Shown here piece by piece: positions 28,880-44,270 of a DNA stretch of 64,000 nucleotides (position 1 is its first letter; every line of letters starts with the position of its first letter). Made by a program: the position numbers and the translations under genes. A model generated the notes under the pieces. The model saw nothing but the letters and a program-made list of their open reading frames with translations, was not told the DNA's origin and did no database searches. Source of the stretch: Eledone cirrhosa (taxonomy: Eukaryota); contig OZ024745.1 of NCBI GenBank assembly GCA_964016885.1, forward strand, positions 33,790,001-33,854,000, given 5' to 3'.

Positions 28880-31430
28880 ATGAATCACTGCAATGACGGC
28901 AATACTACAACTGTTGTAGCTGTTACTACTACAACAGCTATTTCTACCAACAATACTGCTACAACAGCCACTACCACTAACATTACCACCACCACTACCA
29001 CTATCACCACCACTACAGCTACCATTACCACCACCACTACCACTACCACTACCACTACCAACACTACCACTGTAACCACCACTACCATCACCACTACCAC
29101 TACCACCACTATCACTACTATTAAGAGCAACGCACCGCTACCACTATCACCACCACCACCAATACAATTACCACCACCACTACCACCACCACTACAACCA
29201 CCACTACCACTACCACTACCACTACCATCACCACCACTATCACCACCACCACTACTACCACCACTACCACCACCACTATGACCACCACCACTACTACCAC
29301 CATTACCACCACCATTATCATTACTACCACCATTACCATTACCACTAACACTAACAGTACCACCACCATTACTACCACCACTACCACTACAACTACCACT
29401 ACCACCAACACTACCAATACCATTACCACGACCAGCACCACTACCAGCACCACTACCAGCACCACCACAACCACTACCATTACCACCACTACTACCACCA
29501 CCACAACCACCACCACTACCACCACCATTTCTACCCCCACTACCACTATCAGCACCACTACCACTACCACCAACACTACGAATACCATTTACACTACCAC
29601 TACCACCACCACTACCAGCACCACTATCACCACCACAGCCACCAGTACTACCACCACCACTACATCCACTACTACCACCACCACAACCACCACCACTACC
29701 ACCACCATTACTACCATCACTACCACTACAACTACCACTATCAGAACCACTACCACTACCACTACCATCACCACCACTATCACCACCACCACTACTACCA
29801 CCACTACCACTACCACTATCACCACCACCACTACTACTACCACTACCACCACCATTATCACTACTACCACCATTACCATTACCACTAACACTAACAGTAC
29901 CACCACCATTACTACCACCACTACCACTACCACCAACACTACCAATACCATTACCACGACCAGCACCACTACCAGCACCACTACCACCACTACTATCACC
30001 ACCACTACCATCACCATTACATGCACTACTACCACCACCACAACCACCACCACTACCACCACCATTTCTACCACAACTACCACTATCAGCACCACTACCA
30101 CTACCACCAACACTACCAATACCATTTACACTACCACTACCACCACCACTAACACCACCACTATCAATACCATTACCACTACCACCACCACTACTAGCAC
30201 CACTACCACCACCACAGCCACCACTACTACCACCACCACTACATCCACTACTACCACCACCACAACCACCACCACTACCACCACCACTACCAATACCACC
30301 ACCACCACTACATCCACTACTACCACCACCACAACCACCATCACTGCCACCACAACAACCACTACCACTACACCCACTACTACCACCACCACAACCACCA
30401 TCACTGCCACCACCACTACCGATACCACCACCACCACTACATCCACTACTACCACCACCACAACCACCATCACTGCCACCACCACTACCAATACCATCAC
30501 CACCACTACATCCACTAATACCACCACCACAACCACCATCACTGCCACCACCACTACCAATACCACCACCACCACTACACCCACTACTACCACCACCACA
30601 ACCACCATCACTGCCACCACCACTACCAATACCACCACCACCACTACATCCACTAATACCACCACCACAACCACCATCACTGCCACCACCACTACCAATA
30701 CCACCACCACTACTACATCCACTACTACCACCACCACAACCACCATCACTGCCACCACAACCACCACCACCACTACATCCACTACTACCACCACCACAAC
30801 CACCACCACTACCACCACCGCTACCAATACCACCACCACCACTACATCCACTACTACCACCACCACAACCACCACCACTACCACCACCACTACCGATACC
30901 ACCACCACCACTACATCCACTACTACCACCACCACAACCACCACCACTACCACCACCGCTACCAATACCACCACCACCACTACATCCACTAATACCACCA
31001 CCACAACCACCATCACTGCCACCACCACTACCAATACCACCACCACCACTACATCCACTACTACCACCACCACAACCACCACCACAACCACCATCACTGC
31101 CACCACCACTACCAATACCACCACCACTACTACATCCACTACTACCACCACCACAACCACCATCACTGCCACCACAACCACCACCACCACTACATCCACT
31201 ACTACCACCACCACAACCACCACCACTACCACCACCGCTACCAATACCACCACCACCACTACATCCACTACTACCACCACCACAACCACCACCACTAGTA
31301 CTATCATTAACACAACCGGTGCAAGGTAATGTTTAGGTAGTTGCTAGCCCTGCTAGAAACAGCAGCTTAATACCCCTTAAATCACACCGTGCCGGAATGC
31401 AAGGATTCATTAAACATTACAATTCCTACT

Positions 31431-31469
<39 letters not shown>

Positions 31470-31498
31470 CACTATTAGTACTACTACTGCTGCTGCTG

Positions 31499-31552
<54 letters not shown>

Positions 31553-31638
31553 TCACCACCACCACCACCACCATCACCACCACGCCCAACACCACCACCA
31601 CCACTACTACTACTACTATCACCACCACCACCACCACC

Positions 31639-31721
<83 letters not shown>

Positions 31722-31724
31722 GAT

Positions 31725-31784
<60 letters not shown>

Positions 31785-31967
31785 GATCACTACTACTACT
31801 ACTACCACCACCACCACCACCACTACTACTACCACCACCACCGCCACCACCACCACCACTACTACCACCACCACCACCACCACCACCACCACCACCACCA
31901 CCACCACCACCACCACCACCACCACCACCACCATCACCACCAAAATCCCCCCTATTTTCACTACCAA

Positions 31968-32039
<72 letters not shown>

Positions 32040-33994
32040 ATGCCGTCTCTCGTATACTGTACTATGCTGTCACTATGGATGGTCACGCTCGCAGCAACGC
32101 TAACATTTGTATTATACAACTATAGATACAGCTGTTAGCTTCACCATGAAGATTGCCCCCTCACCCACCACCACCACCACCACCAGCACAACCAGCAACA
32201 CCAGCAACACCACCAGCACCAGCACCACCACCACCAACACCAGCACAACCAGCACAACCAGCAACACCACCACAACCACCACCACCACCACTAACACACT
32301 CATCACCTCTACCACCACCTCCACCACTAACACACTCATCACCTCTACCACCACCACCACCACTAACACACTCATCACCTCTACCACCACCACCACCACT
32401 AACACACTCATCACCTCTACCACCACCACCACCACTAACACACTCATCACCTCTACCACCACCTCCACCACTAACACACTCATCACCTCTACCACCACCT
32501 CCACCACCATCACCACCAGCATCCCTACTACCACCACCTCCATCACTACCACCTCCAAGACCATCACTACCACCACCATCGTCTCCACAACCTGTACCCC
32601 CTCCCCCCCAGTTCAATGTCACTATTCCACTGTCCTCTACGGCCACATAAATTACTAACTTGCACTTCCAGCATTAACGCTACTACTACCCCCCCCCCCC
32701 CCCCCCCCCACCATCACCACCACCACTACCACCACCACCACTACCACCACTACCACTACTACTATTACCACCCCACCCCCACCACCATCACCACCACCAC
32801 TACCACCACTACCACTACTACTAACACCACCCCACCCCCACCATCACCACCACCACTACCACCACTACCACTACTACTAACACCACCCCACCCCACCCCC
32901 ACCACCATCACCACCACCACTACCACCACCACCACTACCACCACTACCACTACTACTATTACCACCCCACCCCCACCACCATCACCACCACCACTACCAC
33001 CACTACCACTACTACTATTACCACCCAACCCCCACCACCATCACCACCACCACTACCACCACTACCACCACTACTAACACCACCCCACCCCACCACCATC
33101 ACCACCACTACCACCACCACCACTACCACCACTACCACTACTACTATTACCACCCCACCCCCACCACCACCACTACCACCACTACCACTACTACTATTAC
33201 CACCCCACCCCCACCACCATCACCACCACCACTACCACCACTACCACCACTACTAACACCACCCCACCCCACCACCATCACCACCACTACCACCACCACC
33301 ACTACCACCACTACCACTACTACTATTACCACCCCACCCCCACCACCACCACTACCACCACTACCACTACTACTAACACCACCCCACCCCCACCACCATC
33401 ACCACCACCACTACCACCACTACCACCACTACTATTACCACCCCACCCCCACCACCACCACTACCACCACTACCACTACTACTAACACCACCCCACCTCA
33501 CCACCATCACCACCACCACTACCACCACTACCACTACTACTATTACCACCCCACCACCACCACCACCACTACCACCACTACCACTACTACTATTACCACC
33601 CCACCCCCACCACCATCACCACCACCACTACCACCACTACCACTACTACTAACACCACCACCACCATCATCGCCACCATCATCACCACTACCACCACTAC
33701 CACTACTACTAACACCACCACCACCACCATCACCACTACCACCACTACTACTACCACTACTACTAACACCACCACCACCATCACCACTACCACCACTACT
33801 ACTACCACTACTACTAACACCACCACCACCATCACCACTACCACCACTACTAAAAACCACTACCACTACTACTAACACCACCACCACCATCACCTCTACC
33901 ACCACCACCACCACTACTACTATTACTATTACTACTTCTACTACTAACCCCCCCACCACCACTACTACACTACTGCAAGTACTACTACTGCAAG

Positions 33995-34041
<47 letters not shown>

Positions 34042-34119
34042 TTAATACTACCACTACCACCACCACCTCTACCCCTTTTCTACTACTGCTACTACTACTA
34101 CTACTACTACTAGTGCCAA

Positions 34120-34188
<69 letters not shown>

Positions 34189-34291
34189 TATTACTACTTT
34201 TTGCTAGTTGTAGCAGTACAACTAGCATTAATGGTAGAGGTGGTTGTAGCAGTGGTAGTATTGGCATAAGTAGTAGTAGTAGTAGTAGTAA

Positions 34292-34323
<32 letters not shown>

Positions 34324-34355
34324 AAAGTAATAGTAGTAGTAGTAGTAGTAGTATT
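28880..34355. repeat. Large (ACC/ACT/ATC)n trinucleotide-derived low-complexity array with higher-order units
   Basis: Poly-Thr/Pro/Val ORFs; ~60-bp higher-order unit at 30300-31290; 33-bp unit (ACCACCACCACTAACACACTCATCACCTCTACC) about six times at 32280-32500. Confidence 0.95.
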
Positions 34356-34524
34356 TCATATAATTGTTAATAGTAATCCAATGTTTAGTGTGGTATTTCT
34401 AGTCTCGTTTCAATTCTAGAAATTAAGAATTTTCAATAACAGTGTATGTATGTATGTATGTATGTATGTATGTATGTATGTATGTATGTATGTATGTATG
34501 TATGTATGTATGTATGTATGATAC

Positions 34525-35325
34525 ATATAACACCTGATATAACACCTGCAACCCTGATGGTATCCAATGATGTTGACTTGTTCTTCTTTTTGGTAAATAT
34601 CATCTTGGTTAAGAGAGTGGGACTGGCTTTGTGCAGTGCCTTTGCTCACTATAAAAGCTTCACGGCACAGGCATTGCTTTATATCTGGAGATCTCTCTGC
34701 ACTTGTCGTCACATGGTACCATGGGCCCAGCACTATGTGTCAATAATTGCCACAAGTGTAGTGTTTGTACCAGAGTTTTCAAGTCGCTGGCTGGACAAAA
34801 AAGTCACACTCGTTCAGCGCATCGGTAGGGGTTCTCCTACATGGATATAAAGTAGTGGCCGTACTCGAAAACGAGTTGGCAGCCACCATGTATGTATGTA
34901 TGCTTATATGTATGTATGTTTGTATATATATGTATGTATGTTTGTATGTATTTATATATATATATGTATGTATGTATAACACCTGCAACCCTGTTGGTAT
35001 CCAATGATGTTGACTTGTTCTTCTTTTTGGTAAATATCATCTTGGTTAAGAGAGTGGGACTGGCTTTGTGCAGTGCCTTTGCTCACTATAAAAGCTTCAC
35101 GGCACAGACATTGCTTTGTATCTGGAGATCTCTCTGCACTTGTCGTCACATGGTACCATGGGCCCAGCACTATGTGTCAATAATTGTCACAAGTGTAGTG
35201 TTTGTACCAGAGTTTTCAACGCTGGCTGGACTAAAAAGTCACACTCATTCAGCGCATCGGTAGGGCTTCTCCTACATGGATATAAAGTAGTGGCCGTACT
35301 CGAAAACGAGTTGGCAGCCACCATG
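34525..35325 (+). mobile_element. Two tandem 5'-truncated copies of the 19033-19640 element within (TATG)n
   Basis: 34525-34890 and 34975-35325 both start at TATAACACCTG and end at GGCAGCCACCATGTAT. Confidence 0.85.
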
Positions 35326-35769
35326 TATATATATGTGTATGTATGTTTGTATGTATGTGTGTATGCAGGTATGTATGTATGTATGTATATATGTATATAT
35401 GTATGTACGTATGTATATATATATATATATGTGTATATATATGTGTATATAAATGTATGTATATATGTATACATGTGTATATATGTGTTTGTATATATGG
35501 ATGTATATACGTATGTATTTATATATGCATATATGTATGTATATATGTATGTATATACGTAGGTATATATTTACATACATGCATAGATATATACGTATGT
35601 ATATATCTATGTTTTTATTTGTATGTATGTATGTATGTATGTATGTATGTATGTATGTATGTATGTATGTATGTATGTATGTATGTATGTATTAGACCTT
35701 CAACGCCCACCAGTTTCAACTGTCAGTCAATAAGCTGTACTGTTTGACATACCCAGGTACTTCATTCAA

Positions 35770-36488
35770 CACACCACCACACCACCACCACCACACCACC
35801 ACCACAACACCACCACCACACCACTACCACCACACCACCACCACAACACCACTACCACCACTACCACCACACCACCACAACACCACTACCACCACACCAC
35901 CACCACCACCACCACCACCACCACACCACCACCAACACCACTACCACCACACCACCACCACCAACACCACCACAGCACCACACCACCACCTCACCACCAC
36001 CACTCCCCCCCGCACCATGACCACCACGACCACCACCACCTTCACCACCACCACGACCACTACCAACACCACTACCACCACCATCACCACCACCACCACC
36101 ACCACTACCAACACCACTACCACCACCACTACCATCACCACCACCACTACCACAACCACTACCACCACCACCACCACACCACTACCACCACACCGCCACC
36201 ACCACCACCACCACCACCACCACCACCACAACACCACTACCACCACTACCACCACCACCACCTGCATCCACCACCACCACTACCACCACCACTACCACCA
36301 CCACTACCACCACCACCACTACCAAACCGCTACCACCCCCTCTCACTGTTTCTCTCACTGTCACCCCCCTCTCTATTTCTGTATCTATGTCTTCTCACTC
36401 ACTTTTTTTCTCACTCTGTCTCATCACTCTTTTACTGACGCTCTTATGTCACACTCTCCCACTCTCTCTCACTCACATATGCTCTCTT

Positions 36489-36549
<61 letters not shown>

Positions 36550-37270
36550 ATATATATATATCTGTCACTCATTCGCTTCACCCTGTCTCTGTGTCTGTAT
36601 TCTCTCTCTCTCCGTTTTTCTCTCCACTTTCACTACTCACAATCTCACTTCCTTCACTCTCATTCACATAATTTTCTTAGGTTTCTCTCTCTCTCTCTCT
36701 CTCTCTCACCTTCTCTCTCTCCCCTCTTTCACTCACCTTCTCTCTCTCCCCTCTCTCAGCTTCTCTCTCTCACCCTCTCTCACACTCCTCTCTCTCACCT
36801 TTCTCACTCTCCTTCTCTCTCTCACCCTTTCTCACTTACCTTCTCTCTGTCACCCTCTCTCATACACCTTCTCTCTCTCCCCTTTCTCACTCTCTTTCTC
36901 TCTCTTCACTCTCCCTTACCTTCTCCCCCCCTCTCCTCTTTCACACACCAGCTTCTCTTTCTCCCCACCCTCCCCCTCTCTCCATCTCCCGATGTTCCAT
37001 TGTGATCAGGCTCGTTCCACACTACCGGTCTAGCACATGTGTGCAGATTCAGTTGCTATAGCTACGCTTACATTTACTGCTACCCCTTCCCCTCCACTAC
37101 TCATTTCCCCACCTATCATTTTATTTCTTTCTTGCTTTCTTTTCTTTTCTTTAAAATTAAAGCCAGTTGCATTCGCCATGCTGCAACCACCACCACCACC
37201 ACCACCACCACCACCACCACTACTACTGCTACTACTACTACTATTACTTTTACTACTACTACTACTGCTG

Positions 37271-37327
<57 letters not shown>

Positions 37328-37328
37328 T

Positions 37329-37407
<79 letters not shown>

Positions 37408-37522
37408 ACTACCACTACTACTGCTACTGTTGCTACTGCTACTGCTGCTGCTACTACTACTACTACTACTACTGCTGCTCCTGCTGCTGCTACTACTACT
37501 AATGCTGCTACTACTAATGCTG

Positions 37523-37567
<45 letters not shown>
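35770..37567. repeat. (ACC)n, (CT)n and (ACT/GCT)n simple repeat cluster
   Basis: Direct inspection. Confidence 0.9.
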
Positions 37568-37934
37568 GAACATATGTAAACGATCATTTCTTACTCAGTG
37601 CTACCACCTGTATATTGGATATTAAGCTACCTATTCGGTTGTCTTTCACTGAAATGTTTAATCTCATACAGATATCTTTTACTCAAAAATATTAACCACC
37701 TTATCATTTCCTCGCTATTAATATGTGCAGCTATGTGGTTTAGAAAAGTGATCTCAACGTGGGCCTCAGACATTTTTTTATCGGGATGGAGTTGGCTCAA
37801 GGAAAATAGCTGGGCTTTGAAATTCCATTTTTTCCTCACTGGTTGAATTTTGAAAACACAAACTGCTTTACTTTAAAGGCAAATGATTTAGAAATTATTT
37901 AAATAAAATTTTGCTTTTGTAAATAAAATGTATC

Positions 37935-38360
37935 TCCTTCCTCTTCTTCGCCCACTTATTCCTGAGAGGGTCGTGGAGGCAGAGTCCTCAAACACTCCTT
38001 CCAGCGGGTCCTGTCAAAAGCAACCATCTCCAACTGATCCAGCTGGATCCCCAAGCGAGACCAGCCAAGCTCATGGATGTTATCTACCATCTTGGTCGGG
38101 GTCTACCCCTGGGTCTTCTGCCGGTTGGTTTTGCCTATAAAATCTCTCCAGCGATTCTTTCCTGAGACATGCTAACCACCTGCCCATAGTATCGGAGATG
38201 TGATCTCTCAATTCGGAGAGGTAGCGTCTCTACCTGGAATGAATCTCTGATCTCCGAGTTACACACTCTATCGAGTAACGTTACTCTAAAGACCCTTCGG
38301 AAGAACCCAATTTCGGCTGTTAGTATTCGCGATCGTATTCTTTCGGTCATTACCAAGCTG
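37935..38360 (-). pseudogene. RTE-clade LINE 3' end fragment
   Basis: VMTERIRSRILTAEIGFFRRVFRVTLLDRVCNSEIR...IERSHLRYYGQV..M..ER followed by KPTGRRPRGRPRPRW. Confidence 0.8.
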
Positions 38361-38534
38361 GAATGTATTTCCTGTTACATGGAAATTCTGTTTGTGCTTA
38401 TGTGGTCCTGAAACATTTTTGACATAAAAAAATGAACTGTGAGGAAGAAATGGTTGAGAAACACTGGTTTAGAACATTACTTATCACATCACGTAGGTCC
38501 GTATTCGATGTACGCATGTAACTCCCGAGGGAGT

Positions 38535-38845
38535 CGTAGGGACGTCGTATTGACATGCGGCGTTTCTAGGGCAATTTTACACCTGGCGGAGCCCAATCCT
38601 CTCCAGGTCTGAACACTGCAGATTTCTTCCAGAGAAAGATAGAGAGAGGGAGAGAATGGAAGTGAGGAACAGATATAGGGGAAAAATCGACCCCAGTACT
38701 AGATTGGTTCTTTTTTTATCGATCTCGAATGGATGAAAGGTAAATTTGACTTCGGTGGAATTTGAACACAGAGAATAGAGAGTCGAAACAAATACCCCAA
38801 AGCACTCTACTTGACATTCTAACGACTCTGCCAATTCGCTGCCTC
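38535..38845 (-). mobile_element. SINE with an extended 3' segment; second copy at 44880-45115
   Basis: Meta-like core (ATCGATCTCGAATGGATGAAAGGTAAATTTGAC) joined to a ~130-bp segment shared by both copies. Confidence 0.65.
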
Positions 38846-39570
38846 CGTATTCGATACCGCTAGACAATAGTACCTTATTTCGGATGTGTTTATCACTATA
38901 TCTTCCAATCAACCAACACTTCGTCAGTGAAATTTAGTAAACGTAAAGTATGCAGAAGCTCATTTGATGTATGTTTGTTTTATGATCAGATATAGTAAAT
39001 TTTACTTATAGTAATGATTTCTAATTCAAGTACAAGGCCAACAATTTGGGGGAGGGGAAAATCTATTAAACTGGCCGCTGTACTTTACAGATACTTTGAT
39101 TGTCCTCGTAAAGTTGAAAAGCAAAGTTGACCTCGGTGGGATTTGAACTCAGAATGTAAAGGGCCATCACTCAATGCGTTAAAGCTTTTTGCGTTCGACA
39201 ACCCCTTAAAAAAAAAAACGAATTTATAGATAAAGTTTAATTTATGCCAATACCCCCAGAATCTAATAATAATAATAAAAAAAACTACCGAATCATTATC
39301 TCTCTAAATTGAAAAATCATGTATAGATAAATATTTCTCGGCATAGCAATTCATTTACAGGAATTATATTAAAATTAGTTTCAGTTTTACCTCACCATTA
39401 AAAACACAATTTGAAAAAATCTTATAATACTAGGTTAGATAACATTATCTGCAACTGTCGTAATAGAGATTTGTGCTAACTTAATGGCAGTTAAAAGGAT
39501 GATTTACTGATCTATGAAGCAATTGTGATTACAAATTCCAATAACAAGATTATAAATAGACACTACATTG

Positions 39571-39714
<144 letters not shown>

Positions 39715-41334
39715 ACATTTAATAAACGATACCTTAATCATACACAATCGTTTCGTTATGTAGAAAAAAATTGCCACAGATCTTTCCAGTTATATACATA
39801 TGTTGAAAGACAGTTGTATTTACAACTTCAAAAATAAATTGGGAAATTATGGATCATATATTAACTTTCAAAAATTAGCAACCTATACACTATGGACAAA
39901 TTTCCCAATTTATATAATCCAAAGACATCGGCTACCCATCTAAATAAGAGATTCGAAATGTGACCAAAATGTAAGCATTTGAATCGCATCTGTGTGTATG
40001 CTGCTGTTTCCATATCCGGCATATAACTTAGCAGTTCAAAAATACAGCTCAATAAAACAAGTACCAGATTGAAATATGTCTAGGGTTCAATATGATAGAC
40101 TAAGATGCTTTCTGTACGACTAGACTTATGATAAAAATCATTCCAGACAATGTCATTTCATATTTTTCAAGGACAGTGTATTCCAGAGTACATTATCGAA
40201 CGTATCATTTTAAAAAGAAAATGCAAGATTCGGCCGCTAGGTAATCCTTCATTGGCTCGTTCATCCGTCATTAGTATTAAACCTGTCGAAATTATGGTGG
40301 CGAAGACAAAAGAAATTATTAGCACACCAACCTAAATGCCTCATCTCGTAGTACTTATTGACAAGTTTCTATTACGTTCTCACATCGAGACTCCGTCTTT
40401 TATCGTCCCCGGGTCAATAAATTAAATACTAGTCAAGTGTTGAGATCGATTTCAACTGTGTAGCCTTTTGTCAAAATTAGAAGCTTATATTATCTGCAGA
40501 ATTAAAACTTCTTTCCATCTATTTTCAAAATACAGTAACAGCCTATTTATACATTTATCGGATAGTAATAAATCTATAAATTCAACTAAATCTGGAAGTA
40601 TTAAAACTTGGAAAAATACGAGACTATGTTCAGAGGAACTGTTTACCGTAGTCACCCGCATAACGCATAGAATATATGTATCTTAATCCTTTTTCGTTAT
40701 TGGGAGAAAAAAATGGTGGTGTTATAAATTCTCATCATATCAAGTTAACCTCAAGTTAAATACAGAAAATAACTATTTATAGCAATCGACTGTGTTTACA
40801 GTTATAATCTGCATTTGAAATTTTCTTAATTTTCAAAGAATTTTAATCCACTCAACCCTCCAATGATTTTTTAAACAAATGGTGTTATAGTTAAATCTTA
40901 TCATTAATTTCTATTTAGACGAACGTCAGGGGTCGATTAGTTCAATGGCACAGAGCACTCAGAAGGGAATTTGAACGATACAGAGTTCGACTATCTATAA
41001 TGGTATTTTATCCGATTTTTTAAGCTATTATTTATAGCAATCGACTGTGTTTACAGTTATTTTCTGCATTTGAGACCTTCTAGATTTTTTAAGAATTCCA
41101 GCTGGTTTATTTAGTAAAAAAAAATTCTTTCCACCTTTCTTCTCAGAATTCCACACATAGCAGTTTCAGCGGCCATTCCCTGTCATCTTACCAAGTTGCT
41201 TTATCGTTAATTGAATGGCATCTCTCCCACCTATAATCACTCCCAACTTTGCTTTATTTTTACTACCATTCTGCATTTTGAGAATATTATCTCACCCTCC
41301 TTAGTTCTTTTCTCCTTTTTGGTATGGGAAAAGT

Positions 41335-41492
41335 AGATTAAATCGACCCCAGTGCGTTACTAGTACTTTATTTTATCGGCTCCGTAAGGTTGAAAGGTAA
41401 ACTAACCTTGGTGGGATTTGAACTCAGGACGTGAAGGGACATAACTATGTCACAAATCATGTTGCCCGACGCTCTACCGGTATTGCCAACCC
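41335..41492 (-). mobile_element. tRNA-derived SINE (Meta-domain-like core)
   Basis: Closely similar to 52400-52572. Confidence 0.7.
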
Positions 41493-41552
41493 AGTGTCTT
41501 TGTAATAATGATTTCTAGTATATATTTTGATTTCTAGTATTAGCGCCTTTAT

Positions 41553-41614
<62 letters not shown>

Positions 41615-41616
<2 letters not shown>

Positions 41617-42875
41617 ACACAGGACAGTATTTGAGGATACATGTATTTTTAGTCATTATTTTATTTGACTAAGAAACCATTTTTTATTTGACTAATTTTT
41701 ATTGAACTTCCATTTCAGAAAATAACAATGAAAATAACTATGCTTACTAATGAAATGAAAAGGCATGCTGTGATTGTGGCTTTGAAGGCTAAGCATGGGG
41801 ATTTAAAAATTTCTCGTTTTCTGAAAGTTGCAAGATCTTTTGTCCACAAGATTCGGTGTGAGTTAGAGAAAGAAGATGTATCAAAATGTAAAAAACATTC
41901 CAAACACTCTGATTCTATCAGGACACCTGAATTTATTCAGGAAGTTAAGCAAAACATTTATGACAATCCAGGAAAATCAATGAGGTCAATTGCAACAGAG
42001 TTTGGTGTGTCAGAAAAAACTATCAGAAATGTTGTGCATGAAGACATCAGACACAAATCGTACGTGATAAAGAGAGGTCGATTCATGTCAGAAAAAACAA
42101 AAGAAAAACGTTTAATCAGATCCGAAAGACTTTTAAACAAACTTAAAAATCCATCAGAAGATGGTGTGATTTGGTTTTTCTGAGATGAGAAAAGCTTTGA
42201 CCAGGACCACAAAACTAACAGAAGAAATGACAGGTGGCTATGTACAGACCCTTCTAAGGTTCCATGAGTAATGCACACAAAATTTCCTGCAAGTGTCATG
42301 GTTTTGGGTGTTGTTAGCAATGAAGGACGTGTGCTGCCTCCTCACTTTTTTCCAGAAGGCCTTAGGGTGAATGCTGCTGCATATATTGAGGTTCTGGATA
42401 AAGTTGTTAAGCCTTGGATCAAAGTGTATGTAATGGAAGGCCTTATGTCTTTCAACAAGATTCTGCACAATCACACAAGACTCAAATGACACAAGAATGG
42501 ATGGCCGTAAAATTGCATGATCACATCACCCCCAACATTTGGCCAGATCTCAATCCACTGGACTACTATGTATGGAGCATCGTTGAAAAAAATGTCAATG
42601 AACGCTCCCATAGCACCAAAGATTCTTTGAAAGCCGCCATAATTCGTGTCATGTCCGATATGAACAAGGACCACTTAATCCGAGCTTGCAACGATTTCGA
42701 CCCCGTGTAGAGGCAGTTATTGATGCTTATGGTGGTTTTATTGAATGAAATTATTAAATTGATAATTTAGTTTTATGTTTATGTTATTTTTATAAGAATA
42801 CAGTTTTTTTTCTGTTATTATATAAGCGTTTTTTTTAACCATAAATCTGTCCTCAAATACCGTCCGCTCCCTGTA
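41615..42875 (+). mobile_element. Tc1/mariner DNA transposon, DD37D (maT)-type, defective
   Basis: TIR GGACAGTATTTGAGGA / TCCTCAAATACCGTCCGCTCCCTG-TA enclosing the transposase remnant. Confidence 0.85.
41728..42747 (+). pseudogene. DD37D-type transposase with stops and frameshifts
   Basis: HTH region PGKSMRSIA..GVSEKTIR, then WFF*DEK, KFPASVMVLG, FQQDSA..H and WPDLNPLDYYVW. Confidence 0.9.
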
Positions 42876-43463
42876 TATATACAGACATAGGCGTTTCAGT
42901 ATATCGGTGTTTCAACATGATTACATTCAGAAATTGTCACAAAATTTCTCTTATTATTCCAGCCGTAAGGTTTATTTCATTTCAATATTGTGAATAGTCT
43001 AGATTGATGTAAAAGATAGGTTATTTAGTCTGTTTACTATAACAAAAATGACTGCACAGATGCCACAACCTTAATTCAATATCATATCTTATAGTTGAAA
43101 AAATAATTCGTTCATCGGAAACTGAGCAATGTTGTTTTTAAGTAAACAAATATATATTTTAATATGTTCTGGTAGACCTTTCTATGTAGGGTTATACTCG
43201 TATAGTATAAACACAATAATTGTGTTTAAATTAGACAAATCTGAGGCTGCATGGCTTAGTGTTGGAGTCATGATCACAAGATCGTGGTTCATTTCCTAGA
43301 ATGAGCGGTAAGTTGTGGTGTTGAGCAAGATGCTTCATTTCAAGTTGCTCCAGTTTACTTTGCTGAAAAAAAAAAAATAAAGATAGCCAGCAGCAACAAG
43401 GTAAGTACTTCCTGCAACGGATTGGCGTTTGGTCCACGAGGGAAGAGAAGTCTTTTCATGAAA

Positions 43464-44270
43464 GTCATCTGTGGTATATCTACCTACACCTATAGTCAAC
43501 TGTGGTATATCTACCTACCCCTAGCAGTCACCTGTGGTATATCTACCTACCCCCAGCTGTCACCTGTGGTATATCTACCTACACCCATAGTCAACTGTGG
43601 TATATCTACCTACCCCCAGCTGTCACCTGTGGTATATTTACCTACCCCCAGCAGTCACCTGTGGCATATCTGCCAACCCCCTGTAGTCAATTGTGGCATG
43701 TCTGCAAACCCATGTAGTCAACTCTTGTATATCTCCCTACCCCAGCTGTCATCTGCGGTATCTCTAACTATACCCAGTATATCTACCTACCCCCAGTAGT
43801 CCGCTGTGGTATATCTACCTACCCCCTAGTAATCCACTCTGGTATATCTGCCTACCCCCAGCTGTCATCTGCGGTATATCTACCTACCCCATATAGTCAA
43901 CTCTGGTATATCTACCTACACCCTATAGTCATCTGGGATATATCTACCTACACCCAGGCAGTCCCCTGTGGTATATCTACCTCCCCCCAGCAGTCACCCG
44001 TAGTATATCTGCTTACCCCACCCCCATTAGTCAACTCTGGTATATCTACCTACCCCAGCAATCACCTGTGGCATATCTATCTACCCCCTATAGTCATTGC
44101 GGTATCTCTACCTGCCCCAATATATCTACCTACCCCCAGGAGTCACCTGTAGTTTATCTACCCAGCTAAGTTAGCTACCTACCCCCAGGAGTCACCTGTG
44201 TTTTAGCTACCTACCCCCACGAGTTACCTGTGTTTTAGCTACCTACCCCCAGCAGTCAATTGTGGTTTAC
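43464..44270. repeat. Minisatellite with 31-32-bp unit, about 25 degenerate copies
   Basis: Consensus approximately GTCACCTGTGGTATATCTACCTACCCCCAGCA. Confidence 0.9.

Noticed and set aside
32153-32650. Pro-rich or Gly-rich repeat protein
   Set aside because: Alternative frames of a 33-bp minisatellite, open in several frames on both strands
38870-38935. CTGACGA...GAAA hammerhead on the - strand
   Set aside because: Stem I does not pair and the segment overlaps SINE-like sequence; likely chance
40772-41095. ~55-bp direct repeat about 255 nt apart
   Set aside because: Real similarity, but no LTR, TIR or ribozyme features could be found; likely an old local duplication
43464-44270. 31-32-bp repeat array as a CRISPR array
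   Set aside because: Units are head-to-tail with no unique spacers, there are no cas genes, and the context is eukaryotic; it is a minisatellite
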